Positions 48,026 through 56,380 of a stretch of 62,837 nucleotides of DNA are shown piece by piece. Location: assembly GCA_964604135.1 (NCBI GenBank), contig CAZRXU010000003.1, positions 1 through 62,837 of the forward strand, given 5' to 3'. Every line of letters begins with the position of its first letter. The first letter of the stretch is position 1. The DNA comes from an uncultured bacterium. GTDB lineage: Bacteria; Fermentibacterota; Fermentibacteria; Fermentibacterales; JCC-6. The translations under genes were made by a program, and so were the position numbers. Under the pieces are notes generated by a model. It saw only the letters and a program-made list of their open reading frames with translations. It ran no database searches and had not been told where the DNA came from.

Positions 48026-48649
48026 TTGAAGAGAAAAACATCTCTATACCTGATACCAGTTATCTGTGTTGCGCTTTTAGCGAGCTGTATGGAGAAAGCA
48101 CCTCTGGTTATAACAAACGGTCTTGAAAACTACGATATCACCTGTGTATACATCAGCAGGGGCACAGACAGTTTCTGGGGCACAAACCATCTTCCCGGTG
48201 TAGATATTTTAGCTCCAGGCCATGAGGCTGAAGTAATGGTCAGGCCAGGTGTGTACGATCTTCAGGTTACTGACGAAGACGGAGACACCTATACGCTTCA
48301 AGACATTCGCATTGGCGCAAACGGGTTTAACTGGACAGTTACAATGGATGGTATTGATCTGGCAACAGCAGTTCAATACGCCGGACATTGCGCCGTATCA
48401 GTTACTAACAGCCTTCCAGACCAGAACCTCGATGGCATCTGGCTGTCGCCCTCAACCGGCGGTGACTGGGGAAGCAATCACATCGACGGAGAGGTTCTTT
48501 ACCCAGGCGACACATACACAGCTTATGTAACAGCTGATACCTATGATATCCATGTAGAAGACGAGTTCGGAAAAACCTACACCAGGTGGGATGCAACTGT
48601 GAACAGCCAGGGCTACACCTGGCAGATTACCATAAAAGACGCAGACTGA
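48026..48649 (+). CDS. Lipoprotein with two array domains
   Basis: TTG start; lipobox LASC; TNGLENYDI...FWGTNHL...YDLQVTDEDGDTYT and TNSLPDQNL...WGSNHI...YDIHVEDEFGKTYT...W.I..KDAD. Confidence 0.8.
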   Translation: MKRKTSLYLIPVICVALLASCMEKAPLVITNGLENYDITCVYISRGTDSFWGTNHLPGVDILAPGHEAEVMVRPGVYDLQVTDEDGDTYTLQDIRIGANGFNWTVTMDGIDLATAVQYAGHCAVSVTNSLPDQNLDGIWLSPSTGGDWGSNHIDGEVLYPGDTYTAYVTADTYDIHVEDEFGKTYTRWDATVNSQGYTWQITIKDAD

Positions 48650-48654
48650 ATCGG

Positions 48655-49497
48655 CTAATCACCAGCGGAAAACAGAGGAAGGCGAACTGTCATGGTTGTT
48701 CCGCTGCCCTCTTCGCTTTCAGCATTTATCGTTCCCCTGTGAACTTCTACTATGTGTTTCACCATTGAAAGCCCCAGCCCAAGACCGCCGTCGGGATTTC
48801 TCTTTGCCTGCTTACCTCTGAAAAGGAATGCAAACACATGGGGAAGATCCTCAGCCGATATTCCCATTCCGGTATCTTTAACCTCAACAACTACATCAGA
48901 ACCCTCAGAAAAAACACTCAGGTAAATACACCCTCCAGTTCTGTTGTACTTGAATGCGTTAACGCACAGGTTCTGTACAACTCTCCGGAGGAAGCTCTCT
49001 CTTCCGCGCACAGGAAGAAAAGGCTCATCTTCCGGGTAGGAAAACTTGAAGCATATGCCCTTTTCTATGAACATCAGTTCCATGAGTTCATGCACACTTC
49101 TGCATACCTCAAGCATGCTTACTTTCTCGCTAAGCTCTGAGGCATCCGTTTCGGAAAGATTGCCAAGAACCATGATATCGCTAACCAGCGGAACAAGCTC
49201 CTCTGCCCTTTTCCTTGCCCGCCCTATCATCCGCAGTGAGTTCTCCGGATTCTTCACGTAACCGATTTCCACTGCGTGAAGCAGGCTTACAATGGCAGCG
49301 ATCGGAGACTTCAGCTCGTGCCCAAGTATCCGCAGCACCTCTCCCGCAGTGGGTTCGTCTCCGCTCAGTGCGTCTTCAAGCTCGTCTGCAATACCAGACA
49401 GCTCCCCCAGCATCCCTGTGTTGCAGATACACTCCTGCCCTGCCTGCTGCAGTATCCCCTGCACCTTCTTAACCAGTTCCCACGGCTCGTGCTTCAT
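48655..49497 (-). CDS. Orphan cytoplasmic histidine kinase (HisKA plus HATPase) with no obvious sensor domain
   Basis: H-box ILGHELKSPI, N-box NLCVNAFKYN, G1 DTGMGI, F-box FAFLFRG, G2 GLGLGLS, SEEGSGTT. Confidence 0.9.
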   Translation of the reverse strand: MKHEPWELVKKVQGILQQAGQECICNTGMLGELSGIADELEDALSGDEPTAGEVLRILGHELKSPIAAIVSLLHAVEIGYVKNPENSLRMIGRARKRAEELVPLVSDIMVLGNLSETDASELSEKVSMLEVCRSVHELMELMFIEKGICFKFSYPEDEPFLPVRGRESFLRRVVQNLCVNAFKYNRTGGCIYLSVFSEGSDVVVEVKDTGMGISAEDLPHVFAFLFRGKQAKRNPDGGLGLGLSMVKHIVEVHRGTINAESEEGSGTTMTVRLPLFSAGD

Positions 49498-49803
49498 AAA
49501 TAAGAGACCTCCATAGTATTGCTACCAAAACGGGTGTCCTGCACTCAACCTACAGACGAAAACACTTTCCAGCGAAAAATCGTACCGTAATCTCCCCTTA
49601 ATCAAGCTTCGTTCGCTGGGTCTTTTCCTTCTATTCCAGTCCTGTAGTCTGCTTATCTGTACAACTCTGAATCTAATCAAATCGGTATTCAATCCAAAAA
49701 CAATATCTCGCTTTATCTGTAATATTGTTTTTCGGAACCAGGAAGATATATTCTACATTGTTTTCTGCTAAAGGCAATATTTGACCACTTGGAGTTTGTT
49801 GAT

Positions 49804-50976
49804 ATGAATGACAATCCTGACGAATTCATTGTTTTTGGGAAGCCGGAAATTCTAGCAGCTGAGATAGAAGAGGTTGAAGCTTGTTTGAAATCAGCATGGC
49901 TTGGTACAGGCCCCAGAGTTGCACGGTTTGAGAGTAGCTTTGCCGCATACAAGGGTGTAAATACTGACAAAGTAGCTGCTGTTAATTCCTGCACCGCCGC
50001 GCTTCACATCAGCATGATTGCATCCGGTCTGGGTAGTGGCGATGAAGTAATTACAACGCCGCTAACTTTCTGTTCAACAGTCAATGCCATTATTCACTCC
50101 GGAGCCACTCCTGTTCTTGCCGATGTTGATTCAGTAACCATGAATATTTCGCCTTCAGAAATAAAAAAGGCAATAACTAAAAAAACAAAAGCTATAGTTC
50201 CGGTTCACTTCGCCGGACGACCTTGTGAAATGGATAAGATTCTGGACATCGCTTCCGAATTCAACCTCAAAGTGATCGAAGACTGTGCACATTCAATCGA
50301 GGGTGAATTCAAGGGGAAAAAGTGCGGAACAATGGGCGATTTCGGGTGCTTCAGCTTCTATGTAACAAAAAATGTTGTTACCGGAGAAGGTGGAATGATT
50401 GTTGCAAAAATCAGTACCGACATTGAGCGTGCAAAAGTGTTGGCCCTCCACGGCATGACAAAGGATGCATGGCATCGTTTTTCAGACGCTGGATACAAGC
50501 ACTACCAGGTGGTCGAGTGCGGCTTCAAATACAACATGATGGACATTCAGGCAGCAATTGGTATTCACCAGCTTGCCAGAGTAGACAAAAACTGGCAGAA
50601 GCGGAAACGCATATGGAACCTGTACAGAAATTCTTTCCGTGATCTGCCGTTGATACTTCCGTCTGAACCGGCAGAAGACACCCGACATGCCTACCATCTG
50701 TTTACTCCTGTAGTTGATTCGACCAGAACCAGTTTAACAAGAGATGAAGTTCTTGATTCTCTTACAGAACTGGGAATTGGTACAGGAGTTCACTACCTGA
50801 GTATACCGGAACATCCATACTACCAGGCCAGATTTGGATGGAAACCGGAGACCTGGCCTGTGGCAAAGGTAATTGGCCGTACAACTTTCAGCCTTCCTCT
50901 AGGTACTTCTCTGACGGATTCCCAGGTGAGCAGAGTTATCAAATCTGTGAAGTCTGTTTTCGAATTTAGCAGATAA
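49804..50976 (+). CDS. DegT/DnrJ/EryC1/StrS sugar aminotransferase
   Basis: AVNSCTAALH, GDEVITTP, IVPVHFAG, IEDCAHS, FSFYVTKNVVTGEGG (PLP Lys), GFKYNM.DIQAA, GVHY, LPL. Confidence 0.92.
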   Translation: MNDNPDEFIVFGKPEILAAEIEEVEACLKSAWLGTGPRVARFESSFAAYKGVNTDKVAAVNSCTAALHISMIASGLGSGDEVITTPLTFCSTVNAIIHSGATPVLADVDSVTMNISPSEIKKAITKKTKAIVPVHFAGRPCEMDKILDIASEFNLKVIEDCAHSIEGEFKGKKCGTMGDFGCFSFYVTKNVVTGEGGMIVAKISTDIERAKVLALHGMTKDAWHRFSDAGYKHYQVVECGFKYNMMDIQAAIGIHQLARVDKNWQKRKRIWNLYRNSFRDLPLILPSEPAEDTRHAYHLFTPVVDSTRTSLTRDEVLDSLTELGIGTGVHYLSIPEHPYYQARFGWKPETWPVAKVIGRTTFSLPLGTSLTDSQVSRVIKSVKSVFEFSR

Positions 50977-50988
50977 GCAGGTGTCATT

Positions 50989-52152
50989 ATCAAAATTGTT
51001 ATTGTAACAACTTCGTTTCCAGAGAGCACAACTCCGCCTGGAAGCGAGGCAGCAGGCTCATTTGTCATGGATTTTGCGATTGCTCTTTCCAGAACCTGCG
51101 AAGTCACCGTAGTAGCCCCGTCTTTGTCTTCTGCTGGAAATCACTCAATTGGCAGCATCAGCATCCGGAACTACAGAGTTCCTTCGCTGCCCCTGTCTTT
51201 GCTCAAACCCAATAACCCATTGTCAATACTAAAAATACTGCAAACCTTGAACAGCGGTTTGAAAACACTGAGGAAAACTGTTGAGCATCTGAGACCGGAT
51301 CACATTCTTGCCATGTGGTCGCTGCCTTGCGGATACTGGGCAGCGAATGCCTCTGCCGGAACAGGCATTCCGTTCAGCACATGGTCGCTGGGAAGCGATA
51401 TCTGGAGTATGGGCAGAATTCCAGTGGTGTCTTCAGTTCTCAAATCGGTTCTTCGGGCCGGCGAGCACAGATTCGCAGACGGCTACGAGCTTTGCTCCGA
51501 TGTGGAATCAATTTGTAAACTACCGTGCTCTTTTCTTCCAAGCACAAGAATGCTGAACCTGCCGCATTCAGCACCCCCTGAAAGAGAAGTACCTCCATTC
51601 AGGCTGGCATTTCTTGGCAGATGGCATGTTAACAAAGGAATTGATCTGCTGCTTGAAGCACTCGAAAAACTTGATGAAGATGTGTGGAATCGTATCGAGT
51701 TGTTTTCCATCTACGGCGGTGGACCAATGGAGAAACTGGTTCATCAGCGCTCCCGCCTGCTGATAGAAGATGGAAAACCCCTGAAGGTTGGCGGCTACCT
51801 TAACCACCAGGAAGCTGTTGCGCTCTACATGAACTCTGATTTCCTTGTAATACCTTCAAGAATTGAAAGTATTCCTCTTGTGTTTTCAGATGCGCTGCAG
51901 TGCAGTTTGCCTGTTGTTACCACACCGGTGGGCGATATGCCCCAAATACTGAACAGCTTCGCCTGCGGAATACTGGCCGATGATACTTCGGCTGATTCCA
52001 TTGCCCAGGCAATCAAACAGGCAGTTTACCACAAACAAACCAGCTTCCTGCCGGGAATAGCGCTTGCGAACAAATCATTCTCCACCGAGGCTGCATGTGA
52101 AACATTCCTGTCTGCGATAACTTCCTCCGCAAACTACCCCGCCAGGGAATAA
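50989..52152 (+). CDS. Glycosyltransferase family 4 (GT-B)
   Basis: KIVIVTTSFP N-terminus upstream of the listed ATG, HILAMWSLPCG, LGSDI, AFLGRW..NKGIDLL, LVIPSRIES.PLV..DAL...PVV.T.VGD. Start placed at a non-canonical ATC (see findings). Confidence 0.85.
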   Translation: MKIVIVTTSFPESTTPPGSEAAGSFVMDFAIALSRTCEVTVVAPSLSSAGNHSIGSISIRNYRVPSLPLSLLKPNNPLSILKILQTLNSGLKTLRKTVEHLRPDHILAMWSLPCGYWAANASAGTGIPFSTWSLGSDIWSMGRIPVVSSVLKSVLRAGEHRFADGYELCSDVESICKLPCSFLPSTRMLNLPHSAPPEREVPPFRLAFLGRWHVNKGIDLLLEALEKLDEDVWNRIELFSIYGGGPMEKLVHQRSRLLIEDGKPLKVGGYLNHQEAVALYMNSDFLVIPSRIESIPLVFSDALQCSLPVVTTPVGDMPQILNSFACGILADDTSADSIAQAIKQAVYHKQTSFLPGIALANKSFSTEAACETFLSAITSSANYPARE

Positions 52153-52353
52153 CTGTCGCATTCTGCTAGCTCTTTCAAACCCCATCGGCGTTACTGGTTC
52201 AATTACATAGCGGTGCTATGCGCATAAACCAGTGCCTTGCTGGAGTTCAGAATACCGGCGCATCATATCGAAATATTAAGGCGTACGGAGTACTAGGTCA
52301 GCAAGAGATATTAAAACACATTGAAAACCTTCGCCAAGTCTCTCCACCTTGTT

Positions 52354-53313
52354 CTACTCTTTCCCTGTAAGCCTGTTTTCTTTATCGTGTGATGATTCAG
52401 CAACCCTGCACCATATCCATGCAACCGTAAGAATGAGTAACTCACTCACAGTCAGAACAACTCTGCAGACAACTGACAGAATTAGCGCTTCCGAAACAGG
52501 CATCATGTAAGACAGAAAATATGCCAGTGCGCCGTCTCTTACCCCTAGTCCACCGGGAACAAAAAACACAAGAAGGTTTACTGCTCCCGAACCTGCGTAT
52601 GCTCCTATAACAAGCGGAATACTGGAAATCGCCAGTGGTTGAATAGATGATATTACCAGATAGAACCCGTACCCGCTCTGCAGGAAGGCGATCAACCCGA
52701 GTGACATGTATTTCATCATACATACGGGTTTAGGCCACTCCTTTATTTCATCTCTTTTCAGAATTCTGAGAGTTCGGTTTGTAAACCATTTGGGGAAACC
52801 TGTACTCAACACAACAACCCCGACTGGAACAACCAGATAAGGAAGAGTATTTAGTTCTGTGTTGTCTGTGATGAAAGTCCACCCAAACAGAAAAAACACA
52901 AGGAACACAGACAGCGTTACTATGGCATTCTCAAGAAAATACGCCGTGGCAACTCTCTCTTTTGAAAGGCTGTGCCTGTTGTAGTCGGCAACCCTGGATG
53001 CCAGAACAAACACAAAGCCCGGAATGTATCTTGCAAACTGAGAAGCAGACCACTTAAGCAAAGATACCCTGAATGGAAGCTGCATACCGAATTCCCTCGT
53101 AAGCAAATGCCAGACAAGAGCGATATACAGGTACGAAGTAAGCATAAGCACAAATCCGGCAGCAAAAACAGGAAGCTTTATGGAAAAATCCATTTGAGAA
53201 AACTCAGACGAGTAGCTGAGCATCACCTTCACAAAAAAGAAAACCGCTACAGGCACAAGCACCCTTCTTAAATACCTGTACACCACAGAGAGTTTGCGGG
53301 TATTCAATTCCAT
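52354..53313 (-). CDS. Lysylphosphatidylglycerol-synthase TM / UPF0104 flippase-like membrane protein
   Basis: About 8 hydrophobic segments; SQFARYIPG; FFVPGGLGVRDG signature; R.VLT.SE. Confidence 0.8.
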   Translation of the reverse strand: MELNTRKLSVVYRYLRRVLVPVAVFFFVKVMLSYSSEFSQMDFSIKLPVFAAGFVLMLTSYLYIALVWHLLTREFGMQLPFRVSLLKWSASQFARYIPGFVFVLASRVADYNRHSLSKERVATAYFLENAIVTLSVFLVFFLFGWTFITDNTELNTLPYLVVPVGVVVLSTGFPKWFTNRTLRILKRDEIKEWPKPVCMMKYMSLGLIAFLQSGYGFYLVISSIQPLAISSIPLVIGAYAGSGAVNLLVFFVPGGLGVRDGALAYFLSYMMPVSEALILSVVCRVVLTVSELLILTVAWIWCRVAESSHDKENRLTGKE

Positions 53314-53320
53314 TCAGGTC

Positions 53321-54325
53321 TCACTTTCTTCCCGGCTTAAACTTGTTGTATAAACTCGCAACAGCCGGAAGACTCAGTACCCAGATAAGCCCATCCATTA
53401 TCCTGCACATGACGGGATTCAGGTTTGCCTCAAGAACCGGAACATCCACAACAGAGGATCCCCATTTTGTTTTGTATCGAAGTAATTCAGTATCTCCGGG
53501 ACTGGTTGCACCATAATCAAAATGTGATACACCAGCTGCCTGAGCATCACTGACAGCTGTGTAAAACAACAAGTCGTTTGCGCTGTGTTTTCGGAAGTTA
53601 TAGTTCATTCCGCCATGCAGATAGTATGCCCAGCCGTTGGAAACAACAACTGCAATGGCAGCAATGGCCTGGTTTTTATAACAGGCCATGTAGTACAACA
53701 AGCCACCTGACCTGCCCGGGGATTCAAACAGATTGGTGAAGTAGTTCAGCGAGTATTTGCTTGTACCCGTGTTTCTGCTCATAGACTGCCTGTAAAGGGA
53801 ATAAAAATCATATATTTCCGACAGGCTTGAAGCCCGCCTTACTTCAATACCATTTCGGATTGCCCGCTTTACCCCCCGACTTCTTTTTGAATTAAGATGA
53901 GTCAGCAAGTCATCACCTGCGAAGCTTGTCAGGTTCAGTACCGGTATTTTTATTGGCAGTTCATGATACAATTCGTGGTGCAGAGAGTGGTCAGGAAGGG
54001 GCTGTATGCGTATTCTATGCACTTCTTTATTCTTAAGAAATGCAGGAAGCATGTTCAGCAGTTCAGTAACCCCGACACTGGACCCAAGTACACCACCGTA
54101 GGGCACAGCAGAGTAGAATACTTTGAATGGCCCTCTTGTGAAAACATAACCCGGGCACACCGCACACACATCATTACCATCCAGACATGAAATACAGAGG
54201 GGGGCTGCATGCAATCCGTCGGCTGCACTGAGGATCCAGGTTGAACTGAAAAAAACAGATGATGTAATGGGTGAAGCAACACTGTCCCATCCTTCGAGAT
54301 TCAAATCGTACGATTCGAGTTTCAA
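53321..54325 (-). CDS. FemAB/GNAT-family (BioF2-like) acyl- or aminoacyltransferase
   Basis: YGG, R.VKRAIRNGIEVR, FY.LY..SM.R, AYYLHGG, ANDLLFY..V..A...G...FDYG, LLRYKTKWG. Confidence 0.75.
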   Translation of the reverse strand: MKLESYDLNLEGWDSVASPITSSVFFSSTWILSAADGLHAAPLCISCLDGNDVCAVCPGYVFTRGPFKVFYSAVPYGGVLGSSVGVTELLNMLPAFLKNKEVHRIRIQPLPDHSLHHELYHELPIKIPVLNLTSFAGDDLLTHLNSKRSRGVKRAIRNGIEVRRASSLSEIYDFYSLYRQSMSRNTGTSKYSLNYFTNLFESPGRSGGLLYYMACYKNQAIAAIAVVVSNGWAYYLHGGMNYNFRKHSANDLLFYTAVSDAQAAGVSHFDYGATSPGDTELLRYKTKWGSSVVDVPVLEANLNPVMCRIMDGLIWVLSLPAVASLYNKFKPGRK

Positions 54326-55125
54326 GCGTTTTCTCCGTGATGCATTGAATCCTGTTCAGAGGAAGCTGATACTTCTTCTACAGGCATTTTTGAATAGTAA
54401 TAGAGAACATCGTAGTAATCCCACCTCGACAGACTTCTGCCTTTTCTGACAGCAAGCTCGTGTTCAGCAACAGGAATTGTATATCTGGCGGGTATAAGAC
54501 CATATCTGATTCCAAACCATACAGGCAGGTATCTTCCCTTTCGAACAGGGTAAACTCTGGTTTTCTTAAAACCTGCTTCCTGCAACTCCCGGTCTAGCTC
54601 GCTGATCGTTCTGAAAACCTTGTGGTCTTTGTGTGAGAACGAGTGTTTTCTCTTTGTATGCTCTATCAGAAGAATAGAACCTTCCGGCTTGATAACTCTG
54701 AATAACTCCTTTAGAATAGCTTTCAGGGCAGGAGGATCTGTAATATACATCAACACACCTACGGAAGTAACAAGATCAAAAGCATTGCTTGCTAAAGGCA
54801 GGTTCTTTCCATCAAACAACACACACGGGTGCTTGTGCGCGTTATGTACAGATAAGCCAATACGCAACAGTTCTATTGAGATTTCAATACCTGTGGTCTG
54901 ATGACCTAGCCCGTTAAACCATCTTGATCTCTTGCCGGTTCCACATCCAAAATCAAGAATAGAAAGATTCTGTCTATCATGCAAACATCGGCTAATCGCC
55001 AGATTTACCAGAGTTTCAACATACTGGTTTTTATGGCCTTTTTTATCTCTGGCATCAATCATCGAGGCTTCACCATACACGGTAGCCAGATTATTCCACT
55101 GGGTTCTGCTGTTGTGTTCAGGCAC
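54322..55125 (-). CDS. Class I SAM-dependent methyltransferase
   Basis: ILDFGCGTG, GIEIS, LPLASNAFDLV, VLMYI, FRVIKPEG; AGGAGG RBS. Confidence 0.85.
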   Translation of the reverse strand: MPEHNSRTQWNNLATVYGEASMIDARDKKGHKNQYVETLVNLAISRCLHDRQNLSILDFGCGTGKRSRWFNGLGHQTTGIEISIELLRIGLSVHNAHKHPCVLFDGKNLPLASNAFDLVTSVGVLMYITDPPALKAILKELFRVIKPEGSILLIEHTKRKHSFSHKDHKVFRTISELDRELQEAGFKKTRVYPVRKGRYLPVWFGIRYGLIPARYTIPVAEHELAVRKGRSLSRWDYYDVLYYYSKMPVEEVSASSEQDSMHHGENA

Positions 55126-55450
55126 TTGTACTATTTCCTCCTGTACGATAATTGGTTAGGTATCAGATTGTTGCCCTATACCGCCACACTGTACCCACTA
55201 TACGAAAGAACCATCCTGACTCATACATCTGTTGTTCTTTGAACTCATCTGCATATGAACACCGCCAATGCTGAACCTGTGGAACAAATATCATAGAATC
55301 CCTGTGTTTTGCAAGCCCGCAGAAGCCTGTGAACAAACACAGAGGATCAGATGAACCTTCCCCAAGGGAGCTTGTCATTTTCCAAATCAACTCTCTTTCC
55401 CGTGCATACTGATATCAATTATACTAAGTGCTGGCCCTACACGGATTGGA

Positions 55451-56371
55451 GTGATTGTGTTCCTGTTGTTCCTGCATCTGCTCTGTAATTTCAATTTCCT
55501 TGACCATCCAGACAGCGTTGATGTTACAATTAATAATCAGTTGGGCACGAGAAACATCACAAGTGCAAGCTATATTTTGCCCAACTCGGATCACCTGAGT
55601 ACTGTACACTTACCGCATCCTCTGCTTCCGGAAAACACGATGACTGTAAGAGTTCCTTACGGATACATAAACAGGCTTATTTTCGAAACAGAAGATGGTA
55701 CTGTGTATACAACAAACGGATATCCTGCATCCACCAATCCGGAAACCATCTCTATTTCTCTTGCAGACAAGGAATTCGGAGGGCTGTTTGAGAGGATCTA
55801 TGGCATTTACCCTGTTGCTGTACGAAACTCAACAGATGTAAATGTAGTCTCTGTATTTCTGCAGGGTGATTCCGTTCCCTGTACAAATCTACTTCGCCAC
55901 AATGTTCTTCTTCCAGACGAGATTCTTCGCGTCTGGCTTGACTCTGGTATTACAGCACAGTTATCTGCAATAGATCTGGAAGGAAATACATCAACACCGA
56001 TTACGATCACTGCGCCAGCCCCCGACACATTGTACAGAATTACTTCGGAGTTATTTTTTAGCAACGGCAACGAGATTGGCTACAACGGATCATCACCTGG
56101 TTCATGGGTTGTTAATTGTATTACCCTTGACGATATAGTACAGGTTGAGGCGTTTTCTTCTGAAGGATTGTTACTTGACGGCCTTGATTGCTCTTCCTCA
56201 CCACTTTCTACATGGGACAGAGTTTTTGTAATGCACCGCATACCTGTCGGCTATATTGTCTGCACTGACTCTGAAGACAGAACTTACTCGGCCAATAATG
56301 CTGACAGCATAACCGGAGCTTTTATCTTTGGCGATCTCAATCTTGATTTTGGTTTTGGCTTTCCAGAATGA
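55451..56371 (+). CDS. Secreted protein with about three degenerate copies of the array domain
   Basis: Short hydrophobic N-terminus; VTINNQLG..NI...LLPE...V.V...TEDGTVYT; VRNST...LLPDE.L.V.LD...AIDLEGNT; VCTDSEDRTYS. Confidence 0.6.
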   Translation: MIVFLLFLHLLCNFNFLDHPDSVDVTINNQLGTRNITSASYILPNSDHLSTVHLPHPLLPENTMTVRVPYGYINRLIFETEDGTVYTTNGYPASTNPETISISLADKEFGGLFERIYGIYPVAVRNSTDVNVVSVFLQGDSVPCTNLLRHNVLLPDEILRVWLDSGITAQLSAIDLEGNTSTPITITAPAPDTLYRITSELFFSNGNEIGYNGSSPGSWVVNCITLDDIVQVEAFSSEGLLLDGLDCSSSPLSTWDRVFVMHRIPVGYIVCTDSEDRTYSANNADSITGAFIFGDLNLDFGFGFPE

Positions 56372-56380
56372 GGTATATGA

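Noticed and set aside
44218-48649. CRISPR-like or DGR-like explanation for the array repeats
   Set aside because: The repeats are protein-coding with codon-level divergence; there is no spacer structure, no reverse transcriptase and no adenine-specific TR/VR pair.
49498-49803. ops/JUMPstart element before the glycan genes
   Set aside because: Only a partial GGTAGC is present on the opposite strand; no GGCGGTAG consensus.
52218-52370. 50-codon plus-strand ORF (MRINQCLAG...) after GT4
   Set aside because: No RBS, it runs antisense into the next gene's 3' end, and no motif was seen.
55163-55390. 75-aa ORF in the gap between the methyltransferase and the secreted protein
   Set aside because: No recognisable motif, RBS or protein-like composition; probably a divergent promoter region.
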